Shown: piece after piece, positions 25,967 to 35,580 of the stretch
Position numbering within the stretch: the first letter of the stretch is position 1
Layout: each line of letters opens with the position of its first letter
Source: an uncultured Candidatus Saccharibacteria bacterium
Lineage (GTDB): Bacteria; Patescibacteriota; Minisyncoccia; 2-02-FULL-40-12
NCBI GenBank assembly: GCA_964368135.1
Contig: CAYIZI010000001.1
Location: 42,926-106,925 of the forward strand
DNA length: 64,000 nt
Reading direction: 5' to 3'
Made by a program: the position numbers and the translations under genes
The notes under the pieces: model-generated
The model's database searches: none
What the model was told of the DNA's origin: nothing
Seen by the model: only the letters and a program-made list of their open reading frames with translations

Positions 25967-27103
25967 TTATGCTTCTTCATCTTCAACTTCGGTTAAATAT
26001 TTTTCTTCCAAGACATACTGCCCATTGCCTAAGTTCTTGATTATTCCCTTAACTTCCATTGCTGTCAATGCAGAATTAACTTTTTGAACAGTAAAATCCG
26101 AGTTTCTTGCAATTTCGTCAATATTTTTCGGCTCGCCGGTTTTGTTTAAAATGTCAAAAATCCTCTCTTCAATCTGGTTGTCGGGTTTAAATTCTTTTTT
26201 CAAAACAGATCCAAGGTTAAATTTCAAATTCAGCTCCTGAAAAATGTCTTCGGCTCGGGTAACTAAGGCTGCCCCTTGTTTGATGAGCAGATTGGTTCCA
26301 TAAGACATTCTTGAAGAAATATTTCCCGGAATAGCAAAAACCTCGCGGTTTTGCTCAAGGGCATGCCGGGCCGTAATCAAAGCGCCTGACCGCAAAGGTG
26401 CTTCAACAATTAAAACGCCGCGCGATAAACCGCTGATGATTCGGTTTCTGGCAACAAATTTCTCTCTGTCGGCATTCATTCCAAGGGCATGTTCGGAAAT
26501 TAAAGCACCCCGTTCAATAATTTTTCTGGATAGCCCCGCATTTTCCTGCGGAAACAAACTCTTTTCATCCAAACCAGAAGCAACCACGGCGATAGTTCGG
26601 CCTTTGGCGGCTAAAGCCCCTTTATGAGCCTCGGTATCAATCCCTACGGCCATTCCGCTGACAATAGTCAAGCCGGTTTGAGCGAGCTTAAAACCAATCG
26701 TGTAAGCGGTTTCTTTGCCATAACCCGTAGCCAGTCTCGTCCCGACTATCCCGAATGAAAAATCATCTTCTTTCTTTAGCTCTCCTTTGACATAAAAAAA
26801 GAGCGGCGCCGCTGGTATCTGTTTTAAAAGTTTAGGGAACTCCGCCTCATCAGAAACAATCATCTTAACTCTCTCTTTTTCAAGCTTGCGCCACTCTTTT
26901 TCAGGATTTATTTTACTTCGGCCATTCAAAACCGCGGCTAACTCGGTATTTTCTACCGCCCCAGCCCTAAGTTGACTCTCGGATGCTTCAAAACCAGCTT
27001 CAAAATCACCGCCAAAAAAAATTTCAATCTTTTTCAGCGTCTCATAGCCAACACCGGGAACACAATTTAGAGCATTTAAAAATATTTTTTGACTTTGAAT
27101 CAT
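25967..27103 (-). CDS. dprA: DNA processing protein DprA (Smf)
   Basis: Rossmann-like core GIVGTRLATGYG...IVSGMAVGIDTEAHKGALAA; C-terminal winged-helix extension; the dprA-topA linkage is conserved in many bacteria. Confidence 0.8.
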   Translation of the reverse strand: MIQSQKIFLNALNCVPGVGYETLKKIEIFFGGDFEAGFEASESQLRAGAVENTELAAVLNGRSKINPEKEWRKLEKERVKMIVSDEAEFPKLLKQIPAAPLFFYVKGELKKEDDFSFGIVGTRLATGYGKETAYTIGFKLAQTGLTIVSGMAVGIDTEAHKGALAAKGRTIAVVASGLDEKSLFPQENAGLSRKIIERGALISEHALGMNADREKFVARNRIISGLSRGVLIVEAPLRSGALITARHALEQNREVFAIPGNISSRMSYGTNLLIKQGAALVTRAEDIFQELNLKFNLGSVLKKEFKPDNQIEERIFDILNKTGEPKNIDEIARNSDFTVQKVNSALTAMEVKGIIKNLGNGQYVLEEKYLTEVEDEEA

Positions 27104-27666
27104 AAAATAGAAATAATTTTCTGGGCCGTTTCTTTTACTACTTTACTTACTTTTGTTTTTTCGCTCGCGCCGAAAGGGCTAATCACGAATTTGTTCATTT
27201 CACTCAACCTTTTCCTTTTATCTTTGATTTTTCTTATTTTAGCAAGCTGATTATTAAAAGTGCCGATTCTGATTCGGTAGAATTTATCGGTTTTCAAAGC
27301 CCTGATTATTGATTCAACTCCTTTGTGGCCGGCGGAACCACGAGCAAAAGACATTTTTACCTTGCCGAAAGGAATATCCAGATCGTCATGAACGATGACT
27401 AAATTTTCAATTTTAAATTTTAAATTTTCAATTAACTTCTTAATGGCTTGGCCGGAGTTATTCATAAAAATCTGGGGCTTGGCTAATAATATTTTTTTAC
27501 CGTTGACCTTAATTTCCGAAACTTCTGAATCTGATTTTTTATCAAAAGTGAAACTGCGGCCGTACTCTTTATTTAAATAACCGACCACTCTAAACCCAAG
27601 ATTATGACGAGTATTTTCGTATTCTTCACCGGGATTGCCAAGACCAACAATTAATTTCACTTTCAT
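27100..27666 (-). CDS. pth: Peptidyl-tRNA hydrolase
   Basis: MKVKLIVGLGNPGEEYENTRHNLGF...; start trimmed to the ATG at 27666. Confidence 0.85.
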   Translation of the reverse strand: MKVKLIVGLGNPGEEYENTRHNLGFRVVGYLNKEYGRSFTFDKKSDSEVSEIKVNGKKILLAKPQIFMNNSGQAIKKLIENLKFKIENLVIVHDDLDIPFGKVKMSFARGSAGHKGVESIIRALKTDKFYRIRIGTFNNQLAKIRKIKDKRKRLSEMNKFVISPFGASEKTKVSKVVKETAQKIISIL

Positions 27667-27698
27667 TTTTCTGAATTTTATTTTATATTTACAAATGA

Positions 27699-27762
27699 GA
27701 TAGAAATGAATGAAATTCATTTCTATCGAATGAAATAAATATATAGATACTTATCTATATAT
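27699..27762. promoter_or_regulatory. Two perfect palindromes in the pth/lepB divergent intergenic region
   Basis: gatagaaatgaat-gaa-attcatttctatc (27699-27727, 13-bp arms) and aatatagata-ct-tatctatatt (27739-27762, 11-bp arms), the latter ending 6 nt before the lepB ATG. Confidence 0.4.
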
Positions 27763-27767
27763 CATCT

Positions 27768-28370
27768 ATGTTAATGGACGGAGAGATACAAAGTCAAAAG
27801 GAAGAAAGGGGTGGAGGCTTTTTTTTATTTGTCTGGGAAATAGTCAAAATCACTATTCTGGCTTTGGTGATAATCGTGCCGATCCGTTACTTTATCGCCC
27901 AGCCGTTTTTCGTCAAAGGCGCTTCAATGGAGCCGAGTTTTGAGAACGGCGACTATCTAATAATTGACGAAATAAGCTACCGATTCGCAAAGCCCTTGCG
28001 GGGCGATGTGGTTGTTTTCCGTTTCCCCGAAGACCCGAAGCAGTTTTTTATAAAAAGAATTGTCGCTCTGCCCGAGGAAACAATCCAGATAAAAAACGGG
28101 GAAATTATGATTTTCAACGAGTCAAATCCGCTGGGCTTTGTTTTGGACGAATCCGGCTATCTTAGCCCGAATGAAACCACTACCGGCGATTTAAGAATGA
28201 AGCTCGACGATAATGAATACTTTGTTATAGGCGACAATCGCTCCCAAAGCTCTGATTCAAGAAGATGGGGCGCTTTAAACAGACATTTTATTATCGGGAA
28301 AACTTTTATCAGGGCTTGGCCAATAGATAGAGCTAAATATTTCAGGCCAGTCCCCTATCCGGCGAATTAA
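27768..28370 (+). CDS. lepB: Signal peptidase I
   Basis: Catalytic Ser box GASMEPSF, Lys box, GDNRSQSSDSRRWG. Confidence 0.8.
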   Translation: MLMDGEIQSQKEERGGGFFLFVWEIVKITILALVIIVPIRYFIAQPFFVKGASMEPSFENGDYLIIDEISYRFAKPLRGDVVVFRFPEDPKQFFIKRIVALPEETIQIKNGEIMIFNESNPLGFVLDESGYLSPNETTTGDLRMKLDDNEYFVIGDNRSQSSDSRRWGALNRHFIIGKTFIRAWPIDRAKYFRPVPYPAN

Positions 28371-28417
28371 GTTTTTGGAGTAATAAGAGTTGTTCTTTGG
28401 TGAAATTAGACCAAATT

Positions 28418-29212
28418 TTATCTAATCTCGTAAGTAAGAGTAACGTTAATAATTACTTCCTGGGAACCGGGCTCAATTGATGGACCGGCGCCGCCTGCAT
28501 CTTTTGCTATTGTTTCTAATCTAAAAGGAATCGGTCCGCCAAATCCTTCCTGAATTGAAATGAGTTTTCCCAGTCTAAACTTTCCTGCCTTCGACATCAG
28601 TACCGCTTTCTCTCTGGCTTCTTTGATTGCTTTTTCTCGAGCTTCATTTTGAAGTCCAACCGGGTCGTCAATTGTGAAATTAGGACCATAAATCGCATTC
28701 GCCCCGCGCTCAACCGTTCCGGCTAAAATATCCCCGGCTTTATTTAAATCTCTTACCTTAACCGAAAGGCTCTGGCTGATGCTATAACCGATAATTTCCG
28801 GGACATCTGTTGGACAAGGCCGAACTATTTCCGGGAAAGTTTGTAAAATGACCGGCGGACAGTAAACATTGCTGTATCTTGGCGAAATATTATAATACTC
28901 GGTTTTAATATCTTCCTTTTTTATCCCCTGCTCTTTTAAATAATCAATGACTCTATTTATTTTTTCGGTGTTTTGTTTTTGCAAATCAGTCAGATTTTTG
29001 CCGCCTTCAGTCAAGACGCCGATAGAAAGCTGGGCGATATCAGGCACGGCCACCACTTTTCCTTCGCCCGAAACAGTGAAGCTGCGTTCGGGCACCACCG
29101 AACGCGAATAAGCGCTGACGTACCAAAAAACGGCAATTATAAAAAGAAAAAGTAAAACAACTTTTGTTTCTCTAAACCAAAAACCGTGGTAATTTTTAAT
29201 TTCTTTATCCAT
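28418..29212 (-). CDS. SIMPL-domain protein (DUF541, periplasmic immunogenic-protein family)
   Basis: N-terminal TM anchor then SIMPL-type repeats (VSGEGKVVAVPDIAQLSIGV ... SQEVIINVTLTYEI). Confidence 0.65.
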   Translation of the reverse strand: MDKEIKNYHGFWFRETKVVLLFLFIIAVFWYVSAYSRSVVPERSFTVSGEGKVVAVPDIAQLSIGVLTEGGKNLTDLQKQNTEKINRVIDYLKEQGIKKEDIKTEYYNISPRYSNVYCPPVILQTFPEIVRPCPTDVPEIIGYSISQSLSVKVRDLNKAGDILAGTVERGANAIYGPNFTIDDPVGLQNEAREKAIKEAREKAVLMSKAGKFRLGKLISIQEGFGGPIPFRLETIAKDAGGAGPSIEPGSQEVIINVTLTYEIR

Positions 29213-29226
29213 ATTTTAAGTATAGA

Positions 29227-29370
29227 CTATTTCTGCAATTTTTTCCAGAGCCAGCCAATTGCCAAAATCCCGACGATCAGCCAGACAATAGAGTTTAAAC
29301 CAAGAATGAACCCCCAAAAGCCCAGCCATCCGGAGTCCATCATACCGTACCCCCAAAAATTCCCCATCAT
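29227..29370 (-). CDS. Candidate 47-aa Trp-rich small membrane peptide (not in the ORF track)
   Basis: Minus-strand ORF MMGNFWGYGMMDSGWLGFWGFILGLNSIVWLIVGILAIGWLWKKLQK*, packed between the DoxX-like and SIMPL genes. Confidence 0.3.
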   Translation of the reverse strand: MMGNFWGYGMMDSGWLGFWGFILGLNSIVWLIVGILAIGWLWKKLQK

Positions 29371-29376
29371 AAACTT

Positions 29377-29748
29377 TTATATCTTATTTTTAATTCTTCG
29401 ACCTGATAGAAAATAAAGCGCTAACGGCGCTCCCCAATTAGCCCAACGTTCAACAAAATCCCAGACTGGCTGGCCGACAAGCGGCCGGATAAGCGCCGTC
29501 CAAAATCCCCAAAACGCCATCCATAATAAAACGGGGCGAATTGGTTTAACTAACACTAAAATTGCCAAAGCGACATCTATAATGCCGATAAAAACTAAAA
29601 GTTGGGTTGCTAACCCAGTATCATAAACACCAAAATTTAAAAACCAGTTAATCCAATCTTTTTTACCCTGTAAAGCAAGCACGCCATGGCCCAAAAACTC
29701 ACCAAAAACCGCAACCCGTAAAATCCATTCAATAAGTTTTGTATTCAT
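29377..29748 (-). CDS. Small polytopic membrane protein (DoxX-like)
   Basis: 123 aa with four predicted TM helices; stop overlaps the copper-ATPase gene. Confidence 0.4.
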   Translation of the reverse strand: MNTKLIEWILRVAVFGEFLGHGVLALQGKKDWINWFLNFGVYDTGLATQLLVFIGIIDVALAILVLVKPIRPVLLWMAFWGFWTALIRPLVGQPVWDFVERWANWGAPLALYFLSGRRIKNKI

Positions 29749-31781
29749 AAAACTTTCTTTTTTAATAATAGCGCGTTTACCGCCACAATTACAGTTGATA
29801 AAGACATAAACAAAGCGGCTAAAGCCGGTTCAAGTATAATTCCTTTTGAGTACATCGCGCCGGCCGCCAAAGGCAAAGCCACCACATTGTAGCCGGTTGC
29901 CCAGAAAAGATTCTGCATCATTTTGGCATAAGTCAGGTGAGAAAGCTTAATAATCTTAACGATGTCTCTTGGGTCATTTTTAGCTAAAATTATCCCGGCC
30001 GACTCAATCGCCACATTAGTGCCGGCGCCAATGGCAATGCCTAAATCTGCCTGAACCAAGGCCGGAGCATCATTAATCCCATCCCCCACCATTGCCACTT
30101 TAACTCCCTTTGCTTGTAAAGCTCTGATTTTTTCCGACTTCTCATGAGGAAGAACTTTTGAAAAATATTCCTCGATGACAAGCTCTTTTGCCACCCAAGA
30201 AGCAACATCTTCCGAATCGCCGGTAATCATCGAAACTTTTACACCCATTTTCTTCAAATCTTTTATTGCTTCCTTTGATTCGTCTCTGATTAAATCGGCT
30301 AAAGCTAAAACTCCGGCCAACTCTTTTTCTTGAATGACGTAGATAATCGTCTCTCCTTTCCCGCTCTCAGCGTCAACTTCTTTTTTGATTTCCGGCGGAA
30401 CTGAAACTCCGGAATCAATTAAAATAACATAACCGCCCACCATAACTTCCCTGCCGTTCAAAATTCCCTTAACCCCTTTGCCGGGAATCCTGACAAAATC
30501 TTTTACTTCCGAAGTCACTACTCCTACTTCCTTTGCCTTTTTCACAATAGCCCTTGAAATATAATGCTCGGAATGAAAACCTATTGAAGCCGCCAATCGC
30601 AAAACTTCTTTCTCATCTTGGACCTTAAGGGACCAGATTTTGGTTATACCAAACTCACCCTTAGTCAAAGTTCCTGTTTTATCAAAGATAACCAGGTTAA
30701 CTTTTCGAGCAAGCTCTAAAGCAAGGCGTTGTTTCACTAAAAAACCCTGCCTGGCAGCAAGAGTGGTTGAAATCGACGCCACCAAAGGAACAGCCAAACC
30801 CAAAGCATGAGGACAAGCAATGACTAAAACCGCCACTAATCGTTCAAGAGCAAACCCGAACCCAGCTTGTGCCAGAATCCATAATACAAATGTAAGAGCT
30901 CCGCCACCGATGGCGATTATGGTAAGGTAAAAAGCGGCTCGGTCAGAAAGAATCTGAAGCCGCGATTTTGAGGCCTGGGCTTCTTTGACCAGCCGCATCA
31001 CTCCGGCTAAAAACGTCTTCTCGCCTACTTTGATTACTTTGACTTTTAACGAACCGTCACCGTTAATGGTACCGGCAATAACTTCTTTACTGATATCTTT
31101 TTCAACTGGTTTTGATTCTCCAGTAATCGCCGCTTCATTGACATGCGACTTTCCTTCTATAACCCTTCCGTCAGCCGGAATTCTGGCTCCAGGCCTGATG
31201 AAAACAATGTCGCCTTCTTTCAACTCCGCCAACTGAATTGTTTCCAGCTTTCCGTCCCTTTCAATTTCGGCTGTATCCGGCAAAAGTTTTGAAAGTTCTT
31301 TTAATGCCCCTTGAGCCGAACTGACAGCCCGCATTTCCATATAGTGACCAAGGAGCATAACCGTAATTAAAGTGGTCAATTCCCAGAAAAGCGTTTCCCT
31401 CTGACCTAAAATAACGGCTCCAACGCTGTAAAAATAAGCTGTTGAAATGGCCAGACCGATTAAAGTCATCATCCCGGGCAGTCGGGCTTTTAATTCGCGG
31501 GCTGCCCCCTCAAGGAAAATCCAGCCGCCATAGAAAAAAACAATTGAGCCAAAAATAAGCGGAAAAAATACAGGGAATTCCTTAAAAACAAAATTGTAAA
31601 GAACCACTGGAACGGTCAAAACCAAACTGACCCAAAATTTTTTGAGAAACATCTCAGTAGTGTGACCGGCGTGTTTTTTATATTCTTCTTCTCTGGCCGG
31701 CAAAAGATTCATTCCGCACTCACTGCAAATGCCCGGAGTCTCACTCCTTATATTTGGATGCATCGGACAAGTATAAATCAT
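29745..31781 (-). CDS. Copper-translocating P1B-type ATPase (CPH-motif, CopB-like) with N-terminal CPMHP metal-binding domain
   Basis: YTCPMHPNIRSETPGICSECGM N-terminal domain, TM6 CPH (IACPHALGLAV), DKTGTLT, GDGINDAPAL. Confidence 0.85.
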   Translation of the reverse strand: MIYTCPMHPNIRSETPGICSECGMNLLPAREEEYKKHAGHTTEMFLKKFWVSLVLTVPVVLYNFVFKEFPVFFPLIFGSIVFFYGGWIFLEGAARELKARLPGMMTLIGLAISTAYFYSVGAVILGQRETLFWELTTLITVMLLGHYMEMRAVSSAQGALKELSKLLPDTAEIERDGKLETIQLAELKEGDIVFIRPGARIPADGRVIEGKSHVNEAAITGESKPVEKDISKEVIAGTINGDGSLKVKVIKVGEKTFLAGVMRLVKEAQASKSRLQILSDRAAFYLTIIAIGGGALTFVLWILAQAGFGFALERLVAVLVIACPHALGLAVPLVASISTTLAARQGFLVKQRLALELARKVNLVIFDKTGTLTKGEFGITKIWSLKVQDEKEVLRLAASIGFHSEHYISRAIVKKAKEVGVVTSEVKDFVRIPGKGVKGILNGREVMVGGYVILIDSGVSVPPEIKKEVDAESGKGETIIYVIQEKELAGVLALADLIRDESKEAIKDLKKMGVKVSMITGDSEDVASWVAKELVIEEYFSKVLPHEKSEKIRALQAKGVKVAMVGDGINDAPALVQADLGIAIGAGTNVAIESAGIILAKNDPRDIVKIIKLSHLTYAKMMQNLFWATGYNVVALPLAAGAMYSKGIILEPALAALFMSLSTVIVAVNALLLKKKVL

Positions 31782-31790
31782 ATAAAGAAA

Positions 31791-32249
31791 CTACTTAAAC
31801 CAAATTGGTATTTCCAGGGCGTCATCATATTCCGGTAGACCGGAGGGATTGCTTTTTTGTAAAATCAAGTACCCGCGCCGACTAAAATGGTTTTCATCTG
31901 CCCCGGGGAAGGCCGGACTTTCAAATTCCAGCACCGCCTTAAACGGCACATACTCTTCGGTCATCCATTCGTCTTGGGCCTGGGCATAATGCTGGGCGAT
32001 TATCAGACCGTCCCAGTTTGTGAGCACCACCGGAAAAGTGGCTTCAAAAAACCAATAACCCCGCGCCTCGCCTTCTATTATAAGAGGGCTTGAGATGGCT
32101 TGGTTTGGCCTGGGCGTAAAAACTCTGATTAAACCGGGTTTTTCAGCAATGGGTTCTACTTTTTCACCTTCTTTAGAAAAAAAGGAAAACCACGAAGCCA
32201 AGGCAGCCGCAGCGATAATTATTAAAATAACAGGTAATCTCTTAGACAT
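31791..32249 (-). CDS. Secreted Gmad2 immunoglobulin-like domain protein
   Basis: Signal/TM anchor then GEARGYWFFEATFPVVLTNWDG...EYVPFKAVLEF, typical Gmad2 pattern. Confidence 0.5.
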   Translation of the reverse strand: MSKRLPVILIIIAAAALASWFSFFSKEGEKVEPIAEKPGLIRVFTPRPNQAISSPLIIEGEARGYWFFEATFPVVLTNWDGLIIAQHYAQAQDEWMTEEYVPFKAVLEFESPAFPGADENHFSRRGYLILQKSNPSGLPEYDDALEIPIWFK

Positions 32250-32261
32250 TATTTGAAAATA

Positions 32262-33482
32262 CTATAATGCTTCTTCGGTGTAAATATTGGCCGGGTTCCA
32301 GAGCATAAAGCCGCGGTACTGTTCGGCATCTTCTCCGCCAAAAGCATCAATCACCGCCTGAATCTGGGCCTGGACTTTTTCAACGTCATAATCAGCGCCA
32401 AGGTCAAAATCCTGAAGCCAAGGCCGCAAAGAAACACTGGCCTTGCTATTATTTAATCTAACCAAAGCCGCATCCATTGACTTGCGAACCACTTCATAAG
32501 GATATTCGGCCGGTTTTCTCTGTCCTTCGGAGGCGATTCCCGTGCCTTCGGCACGTGAACCTTCGCCTGAACCTGGCGGGTCAAGAAACGACAGCGGGAA
32601 ATGGGACGGATAAAGCATCGGTGAAACAAAATCAAAATAATCATAGGCATCTTCAATCATCTGGCCGACTCCAAAATCATAAAAAGTGTCGGCGGCCAAA
32701 CCGAAAAGGTCTACTGAAAGCGTCGCGTCAGGCATTTGGCGCCGAATCTCTTTGTAAAAATCTTTTATCACTAAACTCATCAGCCGTTTGCCGTCCCAAA
32801 CCGGAAACTTTCGGTCGTCCAAATCGCCATCGGTCGGAAAACGGATGTAGTCAAAATTTATCTCGTCAAAGCCGCGGTCCCAGGTATCGCGGGCAATTTT
32901 AATATTGTAATCCCATGAGACGCTGGCCGCCGGGTCAATCCAAGCCAAACCTTTGTAATCGCGCCAAATATCGTCGGAGGCAGTAGCACTTTCGCTCAAC
33001 TTTATGCTTTTAACCGCCAGCTCTGGCCGAGCCGCAGCTAAAACTGGATCCTGAAACACCGCGAGCCGGGCAATGACATAAATATTTTCATCATGAAGCC
33101 GCTTGATTAAAGCATTGGGTCTCGGGAAAAGATACGTTTTACCGGAAAAATCTTTTATGTCTATGACCACCGCGTTTATTTTCCCGGCCCGGGCCAAATT
33201 TATCACCTCCTGAATCTTGGCTTCTTTGCCGCCTGACCAGCCGGTCAAATAAATTGCTCTCACCACCTTTGGCGGGTCTTCAATTTGCTTTTGCGCTTCA
33301 ATATCCGGAAGAAAAGCGGTTCTTAAAACTGTTGGTAAAGGAGTAGCCGGAGTTGGAGAAACTAAAGATTCGGCCTCGGATAATGAATTTTCCACCTCAA
33401 TCATTCTACCGGGCAGATAAAAGAAAAAAAATCCGACTGCGGCCAGAGCCAAAATTATTAAGATCAGAATCAGAAACTTCAC
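32262..33482 (-). CDS. Putative glycoside hydrolase-like protein (GHL10/DUF4015 family), membrane-anchored
   Basis: N-terminal TM, VRAIYLTGWSG...INAVVIDIKDFSGK TIM-barrel GH-like pattern. Confidence 0.5.
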   Translation of the reverse strand: MKFLILILIILALAAVGFFFFYLPGRMIEVENSLSEAESLVSPTPATPLPTVLRTAFLPDIEAQKQIEDPPKVVRAIYLTGWSGGKEAKIQEVINLARAGKINAVVIDIKDFSGKTYLFPRPNALIKRLHDENIYVIARLAVFQDPVLAAARPELAVKSIKLSESATASDDIWRDYKGLAWIDPAASVSWDYNIKIARDTWDRGFDEINFDYIRFPTDGDLDDRKFPVWDGKRLMSLVIKDFYKEIRRQMPDATLSVDLFGLAADTFYDFGVGQMIEDAYDYFDFVSPMLYPSHFPLSFLDPPGSGEGSRAEGTGIASEGQRKPAEYPYEVVRKSMDAALVRLNNSKASVSLRPWLQDFDLGADYDVEKVQAQIQAVIDAFGGEDAEQYRGFMLWNPANIYTEEAL

Positions 33483-33523
33483 TCTTTAATTATTATATAG
33501 AGTATTGAAAAAAACCGCCAAAC

Positions 33524-34279
33524 TCATAGAGTATGACCAAAATCAAGCGGATATATTCCGCCCGAAGAACGGACAAAACAAAACCGTATGACGGTATCAA
33601 CAAATTCCTGAACCCCTTCTTTATCACTTATCGGGTATTTGATAATTGAGCCGGCTCGAATCTCCTGCCACTCTTTATCAGTAATATCATCTGGCTTTAG
33701 AACCGGCCCGGGGGCAATTGAATTTATGAAAATACCTCTCGGCCCGAGTTCAACCGCCAAAGCCCGGGTCATGGCCGCGACTGCCGATTTAGTAACCACA
33801 TAGGGCAGATGATCCGCATAGATTTTTCCGATTGAAGTCCGGTCAGCCACGGTAATAATGTGTGAACCGGCTGGCATCAAAGGCAAACTCAACTGAACCG
33901 GCCAGAAAGTGCCTTTAATGTGGGCCGCGAAATTTCCATCCCAGTCCTTGTCTAAAATTTCTTCCAGCTTCACCGGCTTAAACATAGATGCCAGTAAAAT
34001 CAGGATATCCAATTTGCCAAACTTGTTTTTGATTTGCTTAACGGCTGTGACAACACTTTCCCGATCACTTACATCAACCTGAATCAATAAAACTTTTCTT
34101 TTAAATTTTTTGACTTTTTTGGCAGTCTGGTCAGCTTCTTCTTTTGATGACCGATAGCTGATCGCTAAATCCGCACCCAGCTCGGCCAAAGCCGCAGCAA
34201 TTTCCTGGCCAATCCGTTTTCCGCCGGTAATCCAGACAGTCTTGCCTCTTAGAGAGTGTCGTTTTAAAAATTCAGTCAT
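33524..34279 (-). CDS. SDR-family oxidoreductase
   Basis: GKTVWITGGKRIGQEIA Rossmann motif; 251 aa. Confidence 0.75.
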   Translation of the reverse strand: MTEFLKRHSLRGKTVWITGGKRIGQEIAAALAELGADLAISYRSSKEEADQTAKKVKKFKRKVLLIQVDVSDRESVVTAVKQIKNKFGKLDILILLASMFKPVKLEEILDKDWDGNFAAHIKGTFWPVQLSLPLMPAGSHIITVADRTSIGKIYADHLPYVVTKSAVAAMTRALAVELGPRGIFINSIAPGPVLKPDDITDKEWQEIRAGSIIKYPISDKEGVQEFVDTVIRFCFVRSSGGIYPLDFGHTL

Positions 34280-34328
34280 AACTATATCCTACCAGATTTT
34301 TGAACTAAAATATGCAGGCTAAAAACGA

Positions 34329-35579
34329 TTAGTGTCTAAAACTGAAAATCATCTTAATAAATGAAAGTAAGTAATAGACAAAATTTCCCCCTTGTTTAAC
34401 AAGAGTTATCTCAACTTGCTGGTTTTGAGTCGCTACGTTTAAAACCTCGTCCAAGTAGCCTTCAGCAGAAACGTTTAACTGAAGGAGGCTGTCATTTTTC
34501 AGATAAGGAAGCTCAAAATAACCGTTGCTTCTGGTTGTCGCGGACCTGTAATTATTTTTAACAATGGCTCCGGCAATGGGCCTATCCAGCCTATCTTTAA
34601 CAAAACCGGAAATAAGTAAAGGTTTATAAAAAGACTTTATGACTTCAACTGCCGGGGCAGGCATTCCTTTTTCATTCCACAACTGGGTTGAACCTCCGAT
34701 ATTAGTCCAATAGTTTATGCCTTTTAATTCTTCAATTTTTACTAACTCTTCCAGGGCGCTTTCTATCCAAGCCGCCTGGCCAGCTTTAGAAAGCCGGCCG
34801 TGGATATCCGGAATCGGAGCCCCGAACTCGCCCAAAACAACTTCTCCTCCGCTTATCTTGGCAAAATTTTTGATATCGCTGACGAGTTTCTCCACGGTTC
34901 TTACATAGTGGTCAATAGTAACTGCGCCGCCAAGGTTTTCAGTCGTGCTTTTATTCATAACCAACCTGGCAACATCTCCGTTCATTGAAAAATAGCTGGC
35001 TTTGACATCCTTATCTATTTTTTCAAAGGCGGCTTGGACTTTGTTGTACTCGTTGATCAAAAACTGCCTGTGGCCTGAAACATCGCCGTTATGCCTTGGG
35101 TCGCCCGGCCCGCCGTTCTCGCATTCAGGACAAGCGGTAAATATGTCGCCGTCTTCAAATAAGTTTTCGTTGTTCAATATAAACTTTTCGGTCAAAGCAA
35201 TATGGTTAGCCCTTGATATAATAGGATAATCAAACCAACCTTCCCAGCCTGACCAGTTACCCCTGAACCAAACATTAAGGTTATATTTTCTCGCCGCCGC
35301 CACCCACCGCCTAAGCATCGGCAGAAACTCCGCGTCATAAGGCGTGCCGACGGCCACATGGGTGGCGCCGGTGCCAGCGATAGCTTTTATTTGTTGGTCT
35401 ATTACCGCGTCAAAAGAACGGACATTAAGTTTTTCTCTGGCCAAATCTCTTGAATACTTCATTGTGTCTATGGATTGGACTTCCCAGAAAGTTGTCCTGC
35501 TCTCTTCCTGCGCATTTGAAATAGAAAAAACCGTAAATAGATAGATGATAAAAACAAAAATAAACGATTTGATTTTCAT
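34329..35579 (-). CDS. Secreted glycoside-hydrolase-like protein with C-terminal CarboxypepD_reg-like domain
   Basis: Signal peptide, TIM-barrel-like core with conserved Glu/Trp/Asn residues, C-terminal ISGFVKDRLDRPIAGAIVKNNYRSATTRSNGYFELPYL. Confidence 0.45.
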   Translation of the reverse strand: MKIKSFIFVFIIYLFTVFSISNAQEESRTTFWEVQSIDTMKYSRDLAREKLNVRSFDAVIDQQIKAIAGTGATHVAVGTPYDAEFLPMLRRWVAAARKYNLNVWFRGNWSGWEGWFDYPIISRANHIALTEKFILNNENLFEDGDIFTACPECENGGPGDPRHNGDVSGHRQFLINEYNKVQAAFEKIDKDVKASYFSMNGDVARLVMNKSTTENLGGAVTIDHYVRTVEKLVSDIKNFAKISGGEVVLGEFGAPIPDIHGRLSKAGQAAWIESALEELVKIEELKGINYWTNIGGSTQLWNEKGMPAPAVEVIKSFYKPLLISGFVKDRLDRPIAGAIVKNNYRSATTRSNGYFELPYLKNDSLLQLNVSAEGYLDEVLNVATQNQQVEITLVKQGGNFVYYLLSFIKMIFSFRH

Positions 35580-35580
35580 A

